Positions 9,251 through 20,317 of a stretch of 64,000 nt of DNA are shown one piece after another. The position numbers and the translations under genes were made by a program. The number at the start of each line of letters is the position of its first letter. Position 1 is the stretch's first letter. Origin of the DNA: Acidimicrobiales bacterium (GTDB lineage Bacteria > Actinomycetota > Acidimicrobiia > Acidimicrobiales > RAAP-2); NCBI GenBank assembly GCA_050014915.1, contig JBEKCK010000001.1:38126-102125 (forward strand), given 5' to 3'. The notes below the pieces were generated by a model that saw nothing but the letters and a program-made list of their open reading frames with translations, made no database searches and was not told the DNA's origin.

Positions 9251-10122
9251 CGACGACGCTGAGCGAGCGACCGAGTTCGAATCACGACGACGACGTCGCC
9301 GAGGTCCACCAGCGTCGAATCCGTCCGGCGCGGGTCATCCTCTTTTTGATCATGGCCGGCGTGGCGGTCGTGATGCTCTACCCGTTCTTCTACATGATCG
9401 ACAACTCGTTGAAGACCCAAGCGCAGTACGACGGATCGCGTCACGGCTTCTCGCTCTCGAGTTGGCACCTGCTCTTCAGCTCCGAACCGATCCTGCGCGA
9501 GTTGCTGAACTCGCTCATCGTCTCGTCGGGTGCCGTGTTGTGCGTCGTCGTCGTCAGCACCGCCGCCGGATTCGCGCTGGCGAAGATTCGCTTTCGATTC
9601 CGCACGCTGGTCTTCTTGGCAATCGTGTCCTGCATGTTCGTGCCCCTGCCGTCGATCATCATCCCGGAGTTCATCAACGTCGCCAAGCTCGGGCTGTTGC
9701 AGACCTACTGGGGCGCGATCATCGTCTACGCCGCGCTCGGTCTGCCGTTCTCGATATTTTTGATGACCACGTACTTCCGAGGTATCCCCGACGAACTGAT
9801 CGAAGCGGCGTCGGTCGACGGAGTCCCGTTCACCAAGATGTGGTGGACGCTCGGTATCCCGCTCGCGCGGCCGGCGATCTTCACGGTCGCGGTCCTGCAG
9901 TTCATCCAGATCTGGAACGACCTGCTCGTGGGACTTCTCTTCTTGGAGAACACCGACGACCGAACGGTCACCGTCGGACTCGCGCTGCTCTCCTCCGGTC
10001 GGGTGGCCAGCGTTCCGGTGTTGATGGCGGGCGCGGTGATGAGCGTCATTCCACCGATCGTGGTCTACATACTCTTCCAGAAGTATCTGGTGCGCGGCAT
10101 CACGATGGGGATGGGTAAGTAA
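9247..10122 (+). CDS. carbohydrate ABC transporter permease (MalG/UgpE-like)
   Basis: 4-nt overlap with the upstream permease. EAA loop LIEAASVDGVPFTKMWWTLGIPLARP. Confidence 0.85.
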   Translation: MTTTLSERPSSNHDDDVAEVHQRRIRPARVILFLIMAGVAVVMLYPFFYMIDNSLKTQAQYDGSRHGFSLSSWHLLFSSEPILRELLNSLIVSSGAVLCVVVVSTAAGFALAKIRFRFRTLVFLAIVSCMFVPLPSIIIPEFINVAKLGLLQTYWGAIIVYAALGLPFSIFLMTTYFRGIPDELIEAASVDGVPFTKMWWTLGIPLARPAIFTVAVLQFIQIWNDLLVGLLFLENTDDRTVTVGLALLSSGRVASVPVLMAGAVMSVIPPIVVYILFQKYLVRGITMGMGK

Positions 10123-11188
10123 TACGACCACGGGGATCGTCGAATCCCGCGTGCTTCAGTGCGTGGAGCGTGTCGAAGGCACAGCCGCAGGAACGTCGTG
10201 TCACGAGTGCGACCGGCAGTCGAACGTCGCTGAAGGTGGCGTTGTCGTTCTCGAACGCGGCGACCAGCAGACGGGCACTGCGTTCGCCCAAGGCCAGTGT
10301 GTCGTACGTAATCGCGGTCAACGCCGGTTCGAGCAACGCGCCGACCTCGGGATCGTCGAAGGAGACGATGGCCATGTCCTCGGGGAGGTTCAGTCCGCGG
10401 CTTCGCGCGGCGGCGAGCGCGCCGAGCGCGAGTTCGGCGCTCGCGGCGATGAGGGCGGTGGGGGGACCTTCGAGATCGATCTGGTGCAGCGTCTGCTCGA
10501 CACCACTGCGGACGCTCCACTCACCCTCGCTCACGTGCTCCGGCGCGACCAGGAGACCCCGGCGCGCCATCGCGGTCAAGAAGCCCTCGCGACGTTCTCG
10601 CCCGTCGGTGCGATCCGGTCGGCCGCCGAGAAACGCGATTCGCTCGTGGCCGTGCGTCTCGGCGAGGTGATCGACCAGTAGTGCGATGCCGTCGCGATTC
10701 TCCAGGGTGATGCTGCCGGCGCCCACGCCCTCGACCGTCTCGTCGATGAAGACGCACGGCGTGCCGTGGAGCAGGTCGGAGAATCCGACGGCGGTGAAGG
10801 GCGTGGTGGTGATCATGATGCCGTCGACCCAGTGGCCGATCAGAGTGTCGATCGCGTCGGCGACGCCTTCGGCGTCTTCGCCGGAGTCGATGAGGACCAA
10901 CTGGTAGCCGGCCTCTTTCAGGTACGCCTGAGCGCCCTGGACGATCGTGGCGTAGAAGTGGTGGGCGACGTTCGGGACGATCAGTCCGACGGTGTTGGAG
11001 CGTCGCGACTGCAGCGACTGGGCAAAAGGCGAGGGTCGAAATCCCAGGCGATCGGCGGCTTCGAGGACGGCCGCGCGCGTGACGTCCGAGATCTCGCCTC
11101 GCCCGTTGAGCGCCCGCGAGGCCGTCGTCGTGGAGACGCCGACGAGCTGGGCGACGTCGGCGAGTCGAACCCTCGAATGACGCGCCAT
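10100..11188 (-). CDS. LacI family transcriptional regulator
   Basis: N-terminal HTH VRLADVAQLVGVSTTTASRALNG plus a periplasmic-binding-protein-like effector domain. Confidence 0.9.
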   Translation of the reverse strand: MARHSRVRLADVAQLVGVSTTTASRALNGRGEISDVTRAAVLEAADRLGFRPSPFAQSLQSRRSNTVGLIVPNVAHHFYATIVQGAQAYLKEAGYQLVLIDSGEDAEGVADAIDTLIGHWVDGIMITTTPFTAVGFSDLLHGTPCVFIDETVEGVGAGSITLENRDGIALLVDHLAETHGHERIAFLGGRPDRTDGRERREGFLTAMARRGLLVAPEHVSEGEWSVRSGVEQTLHQIDLEGPPTALIAASAELALGALAAARSRGLNLPEDMAIVSFDDPEVGALLEPALTAITYDTLALGERSARLLVAAFENDNATFSDVRLPVALVTRRSCGCAFDTLHALKHAGFDDPRGRITYPSPS

Positions 11189-11285
11189 CTGGGGGACGTC
11201 CTCTCACCTGAATCGTTGCGGAAAATCCGCTACAGCCCTTATTGTAACCAGCGATTGGCCTCCGTGATCGATACCGGAGATCGTC

Positions 11286-12452
<1,167 letters not shown>

Positions 12453-12601
12453 CGACTGCCCTTCGCCTCACGCCGCTCAAACCCCCGGGGGTGGTGGGGA
12501 TCAGATTAGGAAAATCATAGTGGGTGCAGGAGCTTATTTTCTGGGAGATTACTGCACTTTCGACGGTTTGACGGCGCCGAACGAGGCGGTCGACCCGGGC
12601 G

Positions 12602-13420
12602 TTACGAGGACTTCGGCGGGATCCAAATGGCGGCCGACTCGTCGCCGTAAGCGGTGCAGTCGCCCTCCAGGTATCTGATCCCGACCCATCCCCCGATGAG
12701 CGCGTCGAGGGCGTCTTCGAAGCGCTTGAGCGCCGTCGAAGGGAAGTTCTCGAGATCGGTCTTGGCTGGGAGCGGTAGATCGATTTTGGCGATCGTCGGT
12801 TCGAGTTGGTCGAGGATCTTGCGCCAGTTCTTGACGATGCGACGCCGACGCTCGGCTGGCGTCTTGTCGGGCCAGTACTCGCTCGCTCGCCCGATCTTGT
12901 ACTTGTAGCGAAAGTCCTTGTTTAGGAGATGCAAGAGGGCGGGGTGCGGATAGATCTCGGCCAACACGAAGGTGCTGCCCACGGGCGTCTCGACCGTGGC
13001 GACCGGGTAGCCGAGCTCTCGGAAGCGCTCGGTCAACGCACTTCCGATTTCGCCGGGGCGGACCTCACTAGGCGAGTGGGTGCTGCAACCCTTGGAGCCG
13101 AACTTCTGGGAGACGGCGGCATCGGCCTCTCGGCGCTTGCGGATCGGGGTGAGCGCGACCGGCATGTCGATCGTGACGAGTTCGACCGCCTCGCCGTCCA
13201 GCAAGGTGCGCGCGGCGCCCATCAACGCGTCGACGTTGGGCCGGCCGGCGCCGGGCGTCTTCGACCAGTCGACGGGCGTGCCGTTCGCGAGCTCCACGAA
13301 CTGGCTGTAGCTCGGGCTGAGCGCGACGCAGCGCCACCGTTCCTTCACCTGTTGCAGTAGCGCCACACCGCTCGGTTCTGTTGCGGTCCACGCGGGATCG
13401 AGGGCCAGGATGCTCGTCAT
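12602..13420 (-). CDS. DUF429-like protein (predicted RNase H-fold nuclease)
   Basis: 272-aa ORF. The N-terminal ILALDPAW and the later EIYPHPALL resemble the DUF429 pattern as I recall it. No experimentally defined function. Confidence 0.55.
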   Translation of the reverse strand: MTSILALDPAWTATEPSGVALLQQVKERWRCVALSPSYSQFVELANGTPVDWSKTPGAGRPNVDALMGAARTLLDGEAVELVTIDMPVALTPIRKRREADAAVSQKFGSKGCSTHSPSEVRPGEIGSALTERFRELGYPVATVETPVGSTFVLAEIYPHPALLHLLNKDFRYKYKIGRASEYWPDKTPAERRRRIVKNWRKILDQLEPTIAKIDLPLPAKTDLENFPSTALKRFEDALDALIGGWVGIRYLEGDCTAYGDESAAIWIPPKSS

Positions 13421-14451
13421 CCTGGGCAGGTTATACCTTCTCGTGCGATCGTGGCGCAGTCGAACACGACGTCAGTCCCATAAAGCCAGTGGACGAATAC
13501 GCGACAGTAGTCTCGACTTCAGTGTCGTCGCCTCGCAACAGTCCTCTGCGAAGAGTTCTTCATACACCACGACGAGTGGCCGATGAGTGGATCAGATTTC
13601 GACAACGTCATCTCTGGAAAGTGATCGCCAACGGATTTGCTCGTCCGTTCCTCGACCGGTGGGGGCTCTTCCGCGAAGACCGCGAAGACGGGATCAACCG
13701 ACTCCGCTCGATTGCCGGGCTTCCGCTCTTGCTGAAGTACCGGCCCGGATCCGTGCCCGATGAACTTTGGACGCCGCGGCGTGTCAACGCACTCATCGGC
13801 CAACTTCACCTGACGTCGTATCTCGAGATCGGGGTGCTCGAGGGTGAGACGTTCGCCAACGTTCTCGCTCGCCGACGATACGGTGTCGATCCCGTGCCGT
13901 TGTTCGACGCGGTGCTATTGCCGCGGGGATCAAGATTCGCGGTGATGACGAGCGACGACTTCTTCGCCAAGATTCGACCATCGAAGAGATTCGATGTCGC
14001 GTTCATCGACGGTCTGCACACGGTCGAGCAGACCTACCGCGACCTGATCAACACCTTCGCGCATCTTCGTCGTGGCGTGGTGTTGATTGACGACACGGTA
14101 CCGAGCGACGAGTACTCGGCAATCCCCGACCAAGACGAATCGTATCGCGCTCGCGAAGCAGCGGGACTCGAAGGACGACCGTGGCACGGCGACGTGTGGC
14201 GAGTCGTGATGATCCTCGAACGACACCATCCGGAGTTGGAGTGGCGAACGATCATTGACGACGGCAACCCGCAAACGCTGGTCTGGCGCCGACGCGACGA
14301 CGCAGAGGTGAAGGCCGTCACCGCGGAAGAGATGGCGCTCGCCACGCTGCCCGCGTACGTCGAGGTCTTCGCCGATGGAGTACCGGAGTACTTCCACGCG
14401 ACATCGGAGTCGCAGGCGCTGTCGGACTGTGTGGCGTCGTTCCGCAATTGA
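13381..14451 (+). CDS. class I SAM-dependent methyltransferase (Methyltransf_24-like)
   Basis: Motif block LEIGVLEGETF ... FDVAFIDGLHTVEQTYRDL ... GVVLIDD is typical of this methyltransferase fold. The start is uncertain. The TTG at 13381 overlaps the divergent DUF429 gene. In-frame GTGs at 13489 and 13576 are more plausible, but none has a clear RBS. Confidence 0.6.
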   Translation: MRSTRDRGPGCSSSWAGYTFSCDRGAVEHDVSPIKPVDEYATVVSTSVSSPRNSPLRRVLHTPRRVADEWIRFRQRHLWKVIANGFARPFLDRWGLFREDREDGINRLRSIAGLPLLLKYRPGSVPDELWTPRRVNALIGQLHLTSYLEIGVLEGETFANVLARRRYGVDPVPLFDAVLLPRGSRFAVMTSDDFFAKIRPSKRFDVAFIDGLHTVEQTYRDLINTFAHLRRGVVLIDDTVPSDEYSAIPDQDESYRAREAAGLEGRPWHGDVWRVVMILERHHPELEWRTIIDDGNPQTLVWRRRDDAEVKAVTAEEMALATLPAYVEVFADGVPEYFHATSESQALSDCVASFRN

Positions 14452-14654
14452 GGGAACGTGAAGGTCCGTATTTCGTGGTGACCTGGCGCGTCAATGAACA
14501 GAGAATATGACTTTAGACCTGGGAATTCACGGGAATTTCACCGGCTGCCGCCCGTAGTTTGAGAACGAAGGTCATTCGGTTGGTCGTTGTAAATGTGAAG
14601 TCTCGACAGCCGTGAGATCACCAGAAAAGACCGAAAACGAAAGTGGGGCATCAA

Positions 14655-15245
14655 ATGAACAAGGTCGAAACAATATTCGGCGAACCGAGCGAGCGCACTG
14701 TTCCCGGCGTGCTCACGTGGCTTCGTCAATCAAAGTACGCGTCCATCGCGTGGCTGGCCGTTCGTGTCTGGGTCGGTTGTATGTGGTTCCAGGCCGGTTG
14801 GGCCAAGGTATTCGGTGCCGAGAACCCGTACTTCCTCCACCACAACGGAGCTGGCGTCGCCGGATTCGCCGGACACGGCATCCCCGCCTACAGCTGGTGG
14901 GGCAGCCTCATGCACAGCTTCGTCGTTCCCAACGCCAGTTGGATCGCCGTCATTGTCGCCTTCGGCGAACTCGCGATCGGTATTGGTCTCGTCGCCGGCT
15001 TCATGACTCGCACCGCAGCGGTCTGCAGCCTGCTACTCCTGTTCACGTACATCATGTCGGGGACGGCCAGCGTTTGCGCCTTCTACGCGCTCTGCGCACT
15101 GATCGTGCTCGCCACGTGGCGCACGTCGTCGTGGTTCGGTGTCGATGGGCTCATCGCAGGCTTCCGTCAGCGTCGTCGCAACGCCGTACCAGTTGAGGCT
15201 GCACCAGTCGCCGCAGAAACTTCGGAACTAGTCTCCGTCGGCTAA
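14655..15245 (+). CDS. DoxX family membrane protein
   Basis: Four-TM protein with the DoxX-like core AWLAVRVWVGCMWFQAGWAKV ... AFGELAIGIGLVAGFMTR. ATG 14655 is preceded by GTGGGG; the track ORF begins at GTG 14643. Confidence 0.7.
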   Translation: MNKVETIFGEPSERTVPGVLTWLRQSKYASIAWLAVRVWVGCMWFQAGWAKVFGAENPYFLHHNGAGVAGFAGHGIPAYSWWGSLMHSFVVPNASWIAVIVAFGELAIGIGLVAGFMTRTAAVCSLLLLFTYIMSGTASVCAFYALCALIVLATWRTSSWFGVDGLIAGFRQRRRNAVPVEAAPVAAETSELVSVG

Positions 15246-15261
15246 CTCGTTTCAAAGATAA

Positions 15262-15296
15262 CTCACGGCGCCCTTCGCGGGCGCCGTGAGTTTTTT
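15262..15296 (+). terminator. rho-independent terminator (possibly bidirectional)
   Basis: Perfect 12-bp stem CTCACGGCGCCC / GGGCGCCGTGAG with a 5-nt loop, followed by TTTTTT (15291-15296). It lies between the convergent DoxX and PLP-enzyme genes. Confidence 0.85.
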
Positions 15297-15306
15297 GTTC
15301 GCCCGA

Positions 15307-16422
15307 TCAACCCTTGAAGACGTGGTTCAGTGCGTCATCGATATCGGACCACAGATCGATGGGGTGTTCGAGTCCGACGCTGAGCCGGAGCAGTCCACCC
15401 GGGACGTTCTCTTCGCCCCTCCATCGAGTTCGCCGATCAATCGTGGTCTCCACACCGCCGAGACTCGTGCCGCCGACGATGAGTCGCAACGACGCGACGA
15501 CGCGGTCCGCACTTTCGGCGTCCTTCACTTCGAAGGAGAGCATCGCACCGAAGCCGCCCATCTGCGAACTGGCGCGTTCGAAACCGGGATCGGTGGCGAG
15601 TCCGGGGTAGCGAACGCGCTCGACGTGACGGTGGTCGTCGAGTCGCTCGGCGAGCTCTGCCGCCGTGCGCTGTTGGCGCGCGAAGCGAACCGGGAGCGTG
15701 CGCAGTCCGCGTAGCGCGAGGTACGCCTCCATCACGCCGGGTATCGCGCCGTTCGACGTGCGCCACTCGACGAGTTCGTCGCGCTGACTCTCACTGTCAA
15801 CGATGACCGCGCCCATGAGCAGGTCGGAGTGGCCCCCAATGTACTTGGTGGCCGAGTGCACCACCGCGCTCGCTCCGAGGGTGAGCGGTTGTTGCAGCAT
15901 CGGTGTGGCGAAGGTGTTGTCGACGACGGCGACGACGCCGAGGTCTCGGGCCGCGCGGAGTATCTCGGGTAGGTCGGCGATGCCGAGAGTGGGGTTGGTC
16001 GGGGACTCGAGCCAGAGCACGTCGGTGTCGCCCATCGCTTCGAGTACCTCGTGCGTGTCGGTCACGTCGACGGCGTGGGTGTGGAGACGGCTCTCCTTCT
16101 CCAATCGTTCGAGGAGTCCGCGCGTGCCGCTGTACCCGTCACGGGGATAGGTCACGGTGGACCCGAGTGGGAGGGGTGCGAGTAACGCGGCGACCGCGGC
16201 GAGTCCCGACGCGAAGGAGACGCAGTACCCGCCTTCGAGTTCACCCAGCGCCTCTTCGAAGGCGCTCCACGTGGGATTGCCCCAACGCCCGTAGCCGACG
16301 TCGCCACCGTCGCGGTAGGTCGAGGCGAAGGTGGGTGGCACATTGAAGGGTCCGCCGGGTTTCGGTGCTCGGCCGGCGACGATGGCCAGGGTTTCGGCGT
16401 GCCATCTCTGAGGCTCAGTCAT
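15307..16422 (-). CDS. Cys/Met-metabolism PLP-dependent enzyme (cystathionine gamma-synthase/gamma-lyase family)
   Basis: Family-typical length and the PLP-lysine motif [12 protein letters not shown]. Confidence 0.85.
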   Translation of the reverse strand: MTEPQRWHAETLAIVAGRAPKPGGPFNVPPTFASTYRDGGDVGYGRWGNPTWSAFEEALGELEGGYCVSFASGLAAVAALLAPLPLGSTVTYPRDGYSGTRGLLERLEKESRLHTHAVDVTDTHEVLEAMGDTDVLWLESPTNPTLGIADLPEILRAARDLGVVAVVDNTFATPMLQQPLTLGASAVVHSATKYIGGHSDLLMGAVIVDSESQRDELVEWRTSNGAIPGVMEAYLALRGLRTLPVRFARQQRTAAELAERLDDHRHVERVRYPGLATDPGFERASSQMGGFGAMLSFEVKDAESADRVVASLRLIVGGTSLGGVETTIDRRTRWRGEENVPGGLLRLSVGLEHPIDLWSDIDDALNHVFKG

Positions 16423-16444
16423 CGATTAAGTATGGCTCAGAGAC

Positions 16445-16486
16445 AAAAAAGCCCGCGCCCTCGACGTTGATGTCGAGGACGCGGGC
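16445..16486 (-). terminator. rho-independent terminator of the PadR gene
   Basis: 15-bp stem (16451-16465 / 16472-16486) with 14 of 15 positions paired. It is preceded on the plus strand by AAAAAA, which gives a U-tract on the minus strand. It begins 17 nt after the PadR stop. Confidence 0.75.
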
Positions 16487-16502
16487 CGGGGGGTGGGGGT
16501 CT

Positions 16503-17120
16503 TTACGACTCGTCTTCGGCCAACAGGCGGTAGATGGAGCGTCGGGCGTCGGCCAGGATGGTCGTCGCCTTCTGGGTCTGCGCGTCGGATCCGGCCATCG
16601 CCACTTGGCGAACGGAGTGCATGACCTGTCGCAACGTACCGAACAGTTCGGCCGTGGCGTCACCGACGTCGGCGGCCGCGGTCTCCCACGGCTTGCCGAG
16701 CGTGGCGCGATCCTTCTCCACCAGGGCCTTGCCCGTGGCGGTCAGGACGTAGGTCTTACCGGACACCGTTGAGGAGATCTCGACGAGACCCTCGTCTTCG
16801 AGCTGTTGAAGGATCGGGTAGACCGATCCGGGGCTCGGACGCCAGGCGCCGTTGGAGCGCTCGCTCAACTCTTGGATGATCTGGTAACCGTTGCGCGGGG
16901 ACTCGTCGAGCAGGACCAAGACGGCCGCTCGAACGTCGCCGCGACGCAGTCGCTGACGGCCGCGGGGACCAAAGCCACCGCGGAACATCTCGTCGCCGCG
17001 GCCGAACGGGCCGCCGCGGTGTCCACCCGGGCTTCGACCGCGACTGCGACCGGCTCCCCGTGGACCACGGTCGCGCTCGGAGCGCTCATCGTGATTGTGT
17101 TCGTGAAATTCGTGATTCAT
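16503..17120 (-). CDS. PadR family transcriptional regulator
   Basis: Winged-helix core VLVLLDESPRNGYQIIQELSERSNGAWRPSPGSVYPILQQLEDEGLV, with a Gly/Arg-rich N-terminal tail. Confidence 0.85.
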   Translation of the reverse strand: MNHEFHEHNHDERSERDRGPRGAGRSRGRSPGGHRGGPFGRGDEMFRGGFGPRGRQRLRRGDVRAAVLVLLDESPRNGYQIIQELSERSNGAWRPSPGSVYPILQQLEDEGLVEISSTVSGKTYVLTATGKALVEKDRATLGKPWETAAADVGDATAELFGTLRQVMHSVRQVAMAGSDAQTQKATTILADARRSIYRLLAEDES

Positions 17121-17149
17121 TGATTTCTCCTTTGTTGTAAATCTGACTA

Positions 17150-17165
17150 TAACGATATATCGTTA
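17150..17165. promoter_or_regulatory. perfect 16-bp palindrome TAACGATATATCGTTA, candidate PadR operator
   Basis: Perfect dyad in an AT-rich stretch, 30-45 bp upstream of the PadR start codon (17120). Confidence 0.45.
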
Positions 17166-17236
17166 GCGAACGTTTGTCAAGGGGTAATTTCAGTTTCTCG
17201 TAATCTGCCCTCTATCAGGGATTTCATAGACGCTAC

Positions 17237-18427
17237 TCAATCGATGGTGGGCGGGGGCTCGGAGAAACGGAGAGCACTGGCGAAGGTCACCAAGGCGATC
17301 GCGGCGAAGGTGGCGAGGACGAGCGGTACCGCGCGGATGCCGAAGGACGACACCATCAGACTCTGAATCGCCGGTCCGATCACGCCCCCGACCATCATGC
17401 ACAAGATCAAGAGGGCGACGCCGTCGTCGTCGTGGGGACAGAGCGTCGAGTACCAGACGAGCGCGAATGGATAGACCAGGGCGATGGAGAGCCCGACCAA
17501 CGGATAGACGTACGGTGCCGCAGCGCTCACCAGCGCCAGGGCACAGAGGACGGTCGCCGCGGCGAGTCCCGCGAGGACGAGTCGATGATCCGAATGTCGA
17601 CGGCCGACCGGTCCGGCGAGCGTCCGACCGAAGGCGAGGCCGAGCCAGAATCCCGCCGTGACGACGCTGCCGATCGACGTGGAGTAACCGAGGCGGTGGA
17701 GACTCGACGCGATCCATTCGGCGGTCGTGGTCTCGGTCGCGACGTAGAAGATGTAGGCGACGATGAACGTGGCCAGGATGGACTTGCGCCGGGCGCGATT
17801 CATGACGAGATCGTCATGTCGATGTTCGCGCGACAGCGGTGGCGCGATGAGTCCACGATTGCCCAGGGTGAGCACGACGATCGCGATGGCGATTCCCACG
17901 TAGAGCAGGCGATAGTCGTGGGGACGGACAACGACGACCAGCAGTGGTCCGACGACCGCGCCGAGACCGTAGCCGGCGTTGGTGACGCTGAGGCGACGGC
18001 CCCGACCCGTCGTCCTCGTTCGAACGAGTAGTGAGATCAACGAGAAATCGACACCACCGAATCCCAACCCGAGAAAGAAGACCGAGGCGAGGAACAGCGC
18101 CCACTGCGTCGCGAGCGCGGCGCCGCACGCACCGAGCGCGGTGATCACGAGTGTCGCCGACAGCACCGCGGCGCCGGTGAATCGCCTCATCGCAATCCAG
18201 CCGATGGGGACTCCCAGGAACGCGCCCACGTAGTAGACGCTCAACACGACGCCGGCCGCCGGGAGTGACAGATGGAATCGATGCGCCAACGTGACCAGCA
18301 GTGGTCCGAAGAGCGACGTGATCATCCCGAAGACGAGGAGGTCGATCGTCGCGCTGGTGATGGCGAGTGTGCGGAACGTCACCTCCGTCGACGCGGGACC
18401 CGAACCGTTGGAGGAGTCCGACGTCAA
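17237..18427 (-). CDS. MFS transporter
   Basis: 396-aa ORF with about 12 hydrophobic helices, 24 nt downstream of iolD on the same strand. Confidence 0.8.
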   Translation of the reverse strand: MTSDSSNGSGPASTEVTFRTLAITSATIDLLVFGMITSLFGPLLVTLAHRFHLSLPAAGVVLSVYYVGAFLGVPIGWIAMRRFTGAAVLSATLVITALGACGAALATQWALFLASVFFLGLGFGGVDFSLISLLVRTRTTGRGRRLSVTNAGYGLGAVVGPLLVVVVRPHDYRLLYVGIAIAIVVLTLGNRGLIAPPLSREHRHDDLVMNRARRKSILATFIVAYIFYVATETTTAEWIASSLHRLGYSTSIGSVVTAGFWLGLAFGRTLAGPVGRRHSDHRLVLAGLAAATVLCALALVSAAAPYVYPLVGLSIALVYPFALVWYSTLCPHDDDGVALLILCMMVGGVIGPAIQSLMVSSFGIRAVPLVLATFAAIALVTFASALRFSEPPPTID

Positions 18428-18451
18428 AGGATCATCACGCCTTCGGTGGCG

Positions 18452-20317
18452 TCACGTCGTTGGACGAAAGTACTCGCGCTGGATCGTTCGCTCGGACTCG
18501 TAGCGCTCCAGCGCGCTGCGCGTCGAGTCGCGGGTCGCCACTTCGGCTACCGGCACGTCCCACCACGACGCCGAGTCCGGCGCGGCGACCATCGGATCGG
18601 TTTCGATGTGGACGACGGTCGTCTTGGCGTTCGCGCGCGCGACCTTCAACGCATCACGAAGTTCATCGATGGATGAGGCGCGCAGAACGGTGGCGCCGAG
18701 GCTGGCCGCGTTCGCCGCGAGGTCGATGGGCAGTTTCGCACCGGCCAGTTGTCCAGAAGCGTCGCGGAGCCGATAGCTGGTGCCGAAGCGCTCCACACCG
18801 ACCGACTCCGAGAGTGCGCCGATGGATTGAAAACCATGGTTGACCACGAGCACCACGATGATCTTGATGCCCTCTTGCAGCGCGGTGACCAGTTCGGAGT
18901 TGAGCATCAGGTACGACCCGTCGCCGACCATGACGTAGACCTCGCGCTCGGGGGCGGCCATCTTCACGCCGATCCCCGCGGCGATCTCATATCCCATGCA
19001 CGAGAACGCGTACTCGACGTGATAGCCCTTCGGATCACGAGTGCGCCAGAGCTTGTGGAGGTCACCGGGCAGACTGCCGGCGGCGCCGACGACGACGTCG
19101 CTGTCCGCGCTCGACTCCTCGACGGCGCCGACGACCTCGCTCTGTGACGGCACGGGCGAGTGGTTGGAGTGATACGCCGACTCGACGGATTCGTTCCACT
19201 GCGTGGCGAGCAGGTGGTACTCGTCCTCGTACTCCTTCGACGCACGCCAGCCATCGAGGTGGGTGCTGAGTGCGTCGATGGCCACTCGGGCGTCGGCCAC
19301 GACGGCGAGCGCCGACAGCTTGGCCGTGTCCGCGGGCGTCACGTTGATGTTGACGAACTCGACGGAGGGGTTCTGGAAGGCCGAATGTGAGGCGGTGGTG
19401 AAGTCGCTCCAACGCGTGCCGATACCGATCACCAGGTCGGCGCCACGCGCGACCTCGTTGGCGGCGGTCGTGCCCGTCGCACCCAACGCACCGACGCTCT
19501 GCGGGTGATCGAATCGTAGTGAGCCCTTGCCCGCCTGTGTTTCGGCGACGGGGATACCGGTCGCCGCGGCCAGGTCACCGAGCGTCTTCGTCGCCGCACT
19601 GTAGATGACGCCGCCGCCCGCGACGATGAGCGGACGCGTGGCCGAACGCACCTTCGTCGCGAGACGTTCAATGAGTTGTGGTTCCGGTGGTGGTCGCCGA
19701 ATCCTCCATACGCGTTGCTCGAAGAGCGACTCCGGAAAGTCCCACGCTTCGGTCTGCACGTCTTGGGGAAGGGCCAGAGTCACGGCTCCGGTTTCGGCGG
19801 GGTCGGTGAGGACTCGCATCGCGTGCAACATCGCCTCGGGCAGCTGTGCCGGCCGCCACACCCGGTCGAAGTACCTCGACACCGGTCGCAGTGCGTCGTT
19901 CACCGAGACGTCGAGAGAGGTTGGGTCCTCGAGCTCTTGGAGGACGGGATTGGCACGTCGCGTGGCGAAGACGTCGCCCGGCAAGAGCAGCACCGGGATC
20001 CGATTGGTCGTCGCGACGGCCGCGCCGGTGACCATGTTGGTGGCGCCCGGGCCCACCGACGACGTACAGGCGAACGTTCGCAGACGATTCGACATGCGGG
20101 CGTAGCCCACGGCCGTGTGCACCATCGCCTGTTCGTTGCGCGCTAAGTAATACGGGAATTCGTCACCAGACTCCAAGAGTGCCTGGCCGAGGCCGGCCAC
20201 GTTGCCGTGGCCGAAGATGCCGAAGCATCCGGCGAAGAATCGGTGCTGCTCGTCGTCCAATTGGACGGACTGCGCTCGCAAGAATCGTACGAGCGCCTGG
20301 GCCACGGTGAGCCTCAT
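18452..20317 (-). CDS. iolD: 3D-(3,5/4)-trihydroxycyclohexane-1,2-dione acylhydrolase (TPP enzyme)
   Basis: MRLTVAQALVRFL ... FGIFGHGNVAGLGQAL ... RNEQAMVHTAVGYAR matches the IolD N-terminus. Start at ATG 20317, overlapping the iolB TGA (ATGA). The track ORF extends to 20389. Confidence 0.9.
   Translation of the reverse strand: MRLTVAQALVRFLRAQSVQLDDEQHRFFAGCFGIFGHGNVAGLGQALLESGDEFPYYLARNEQAMVHTAVGYARMSNRLRTFACTSSVGPGATNMVTGAAVATTNRIPVLLLPGDVFATRRANPVLQELEDPTSLDVSVNDALRPVSRYFDRVWRPAQLPEAMLHAMRVLTDPAETGAVTLALPQDVQTEAWDFPESLFEQRVWRIRRPPPEPQLIERLATKVRSATRPLIVAGGGVIYSAATKTLGDLAAATGIPVAETQAGKGSLRFDHPQSVGALGATGTTAANEVARGADLVIGIGTRWSDFTTASHSAFQNPSVEFVNINVTPADTAKLSALAVVADARVAIDALSTHLDGWRASKEYEDEYHLLATQWNESVESAYHSNHSPVPSQSEVVGAVEESSADSDVVVGAAGSLPGDLHKLWRTRDPKGYHVEYAFSCMGYEIAAGIGVKMAAPEREVYVMVGDGSYLMLNSELVTALQEGIKIIVVLVVNHGFQSIGALSESVGVERFGTSYRLRDASGQLAGAKLPIDLAANAASLGATVLRASSIDELRDALKVARANAKTTVVHIETDPMVAAPDSASWWDVPVAEVATRDSTRSALERYESERTIQREYFRPTT

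Noticed and set aside
9148-10131. 327-codon minus-strand ORF opposite the second permease gene. Similar cases: 46469..47515, 44405..45349, 28682..29683, 30422..31357 and 7560..8276.
   Set aside because: All are antisense to genes with clear family motifs and have Arg/Asp/His/Gly-biased, motif-free sequences.
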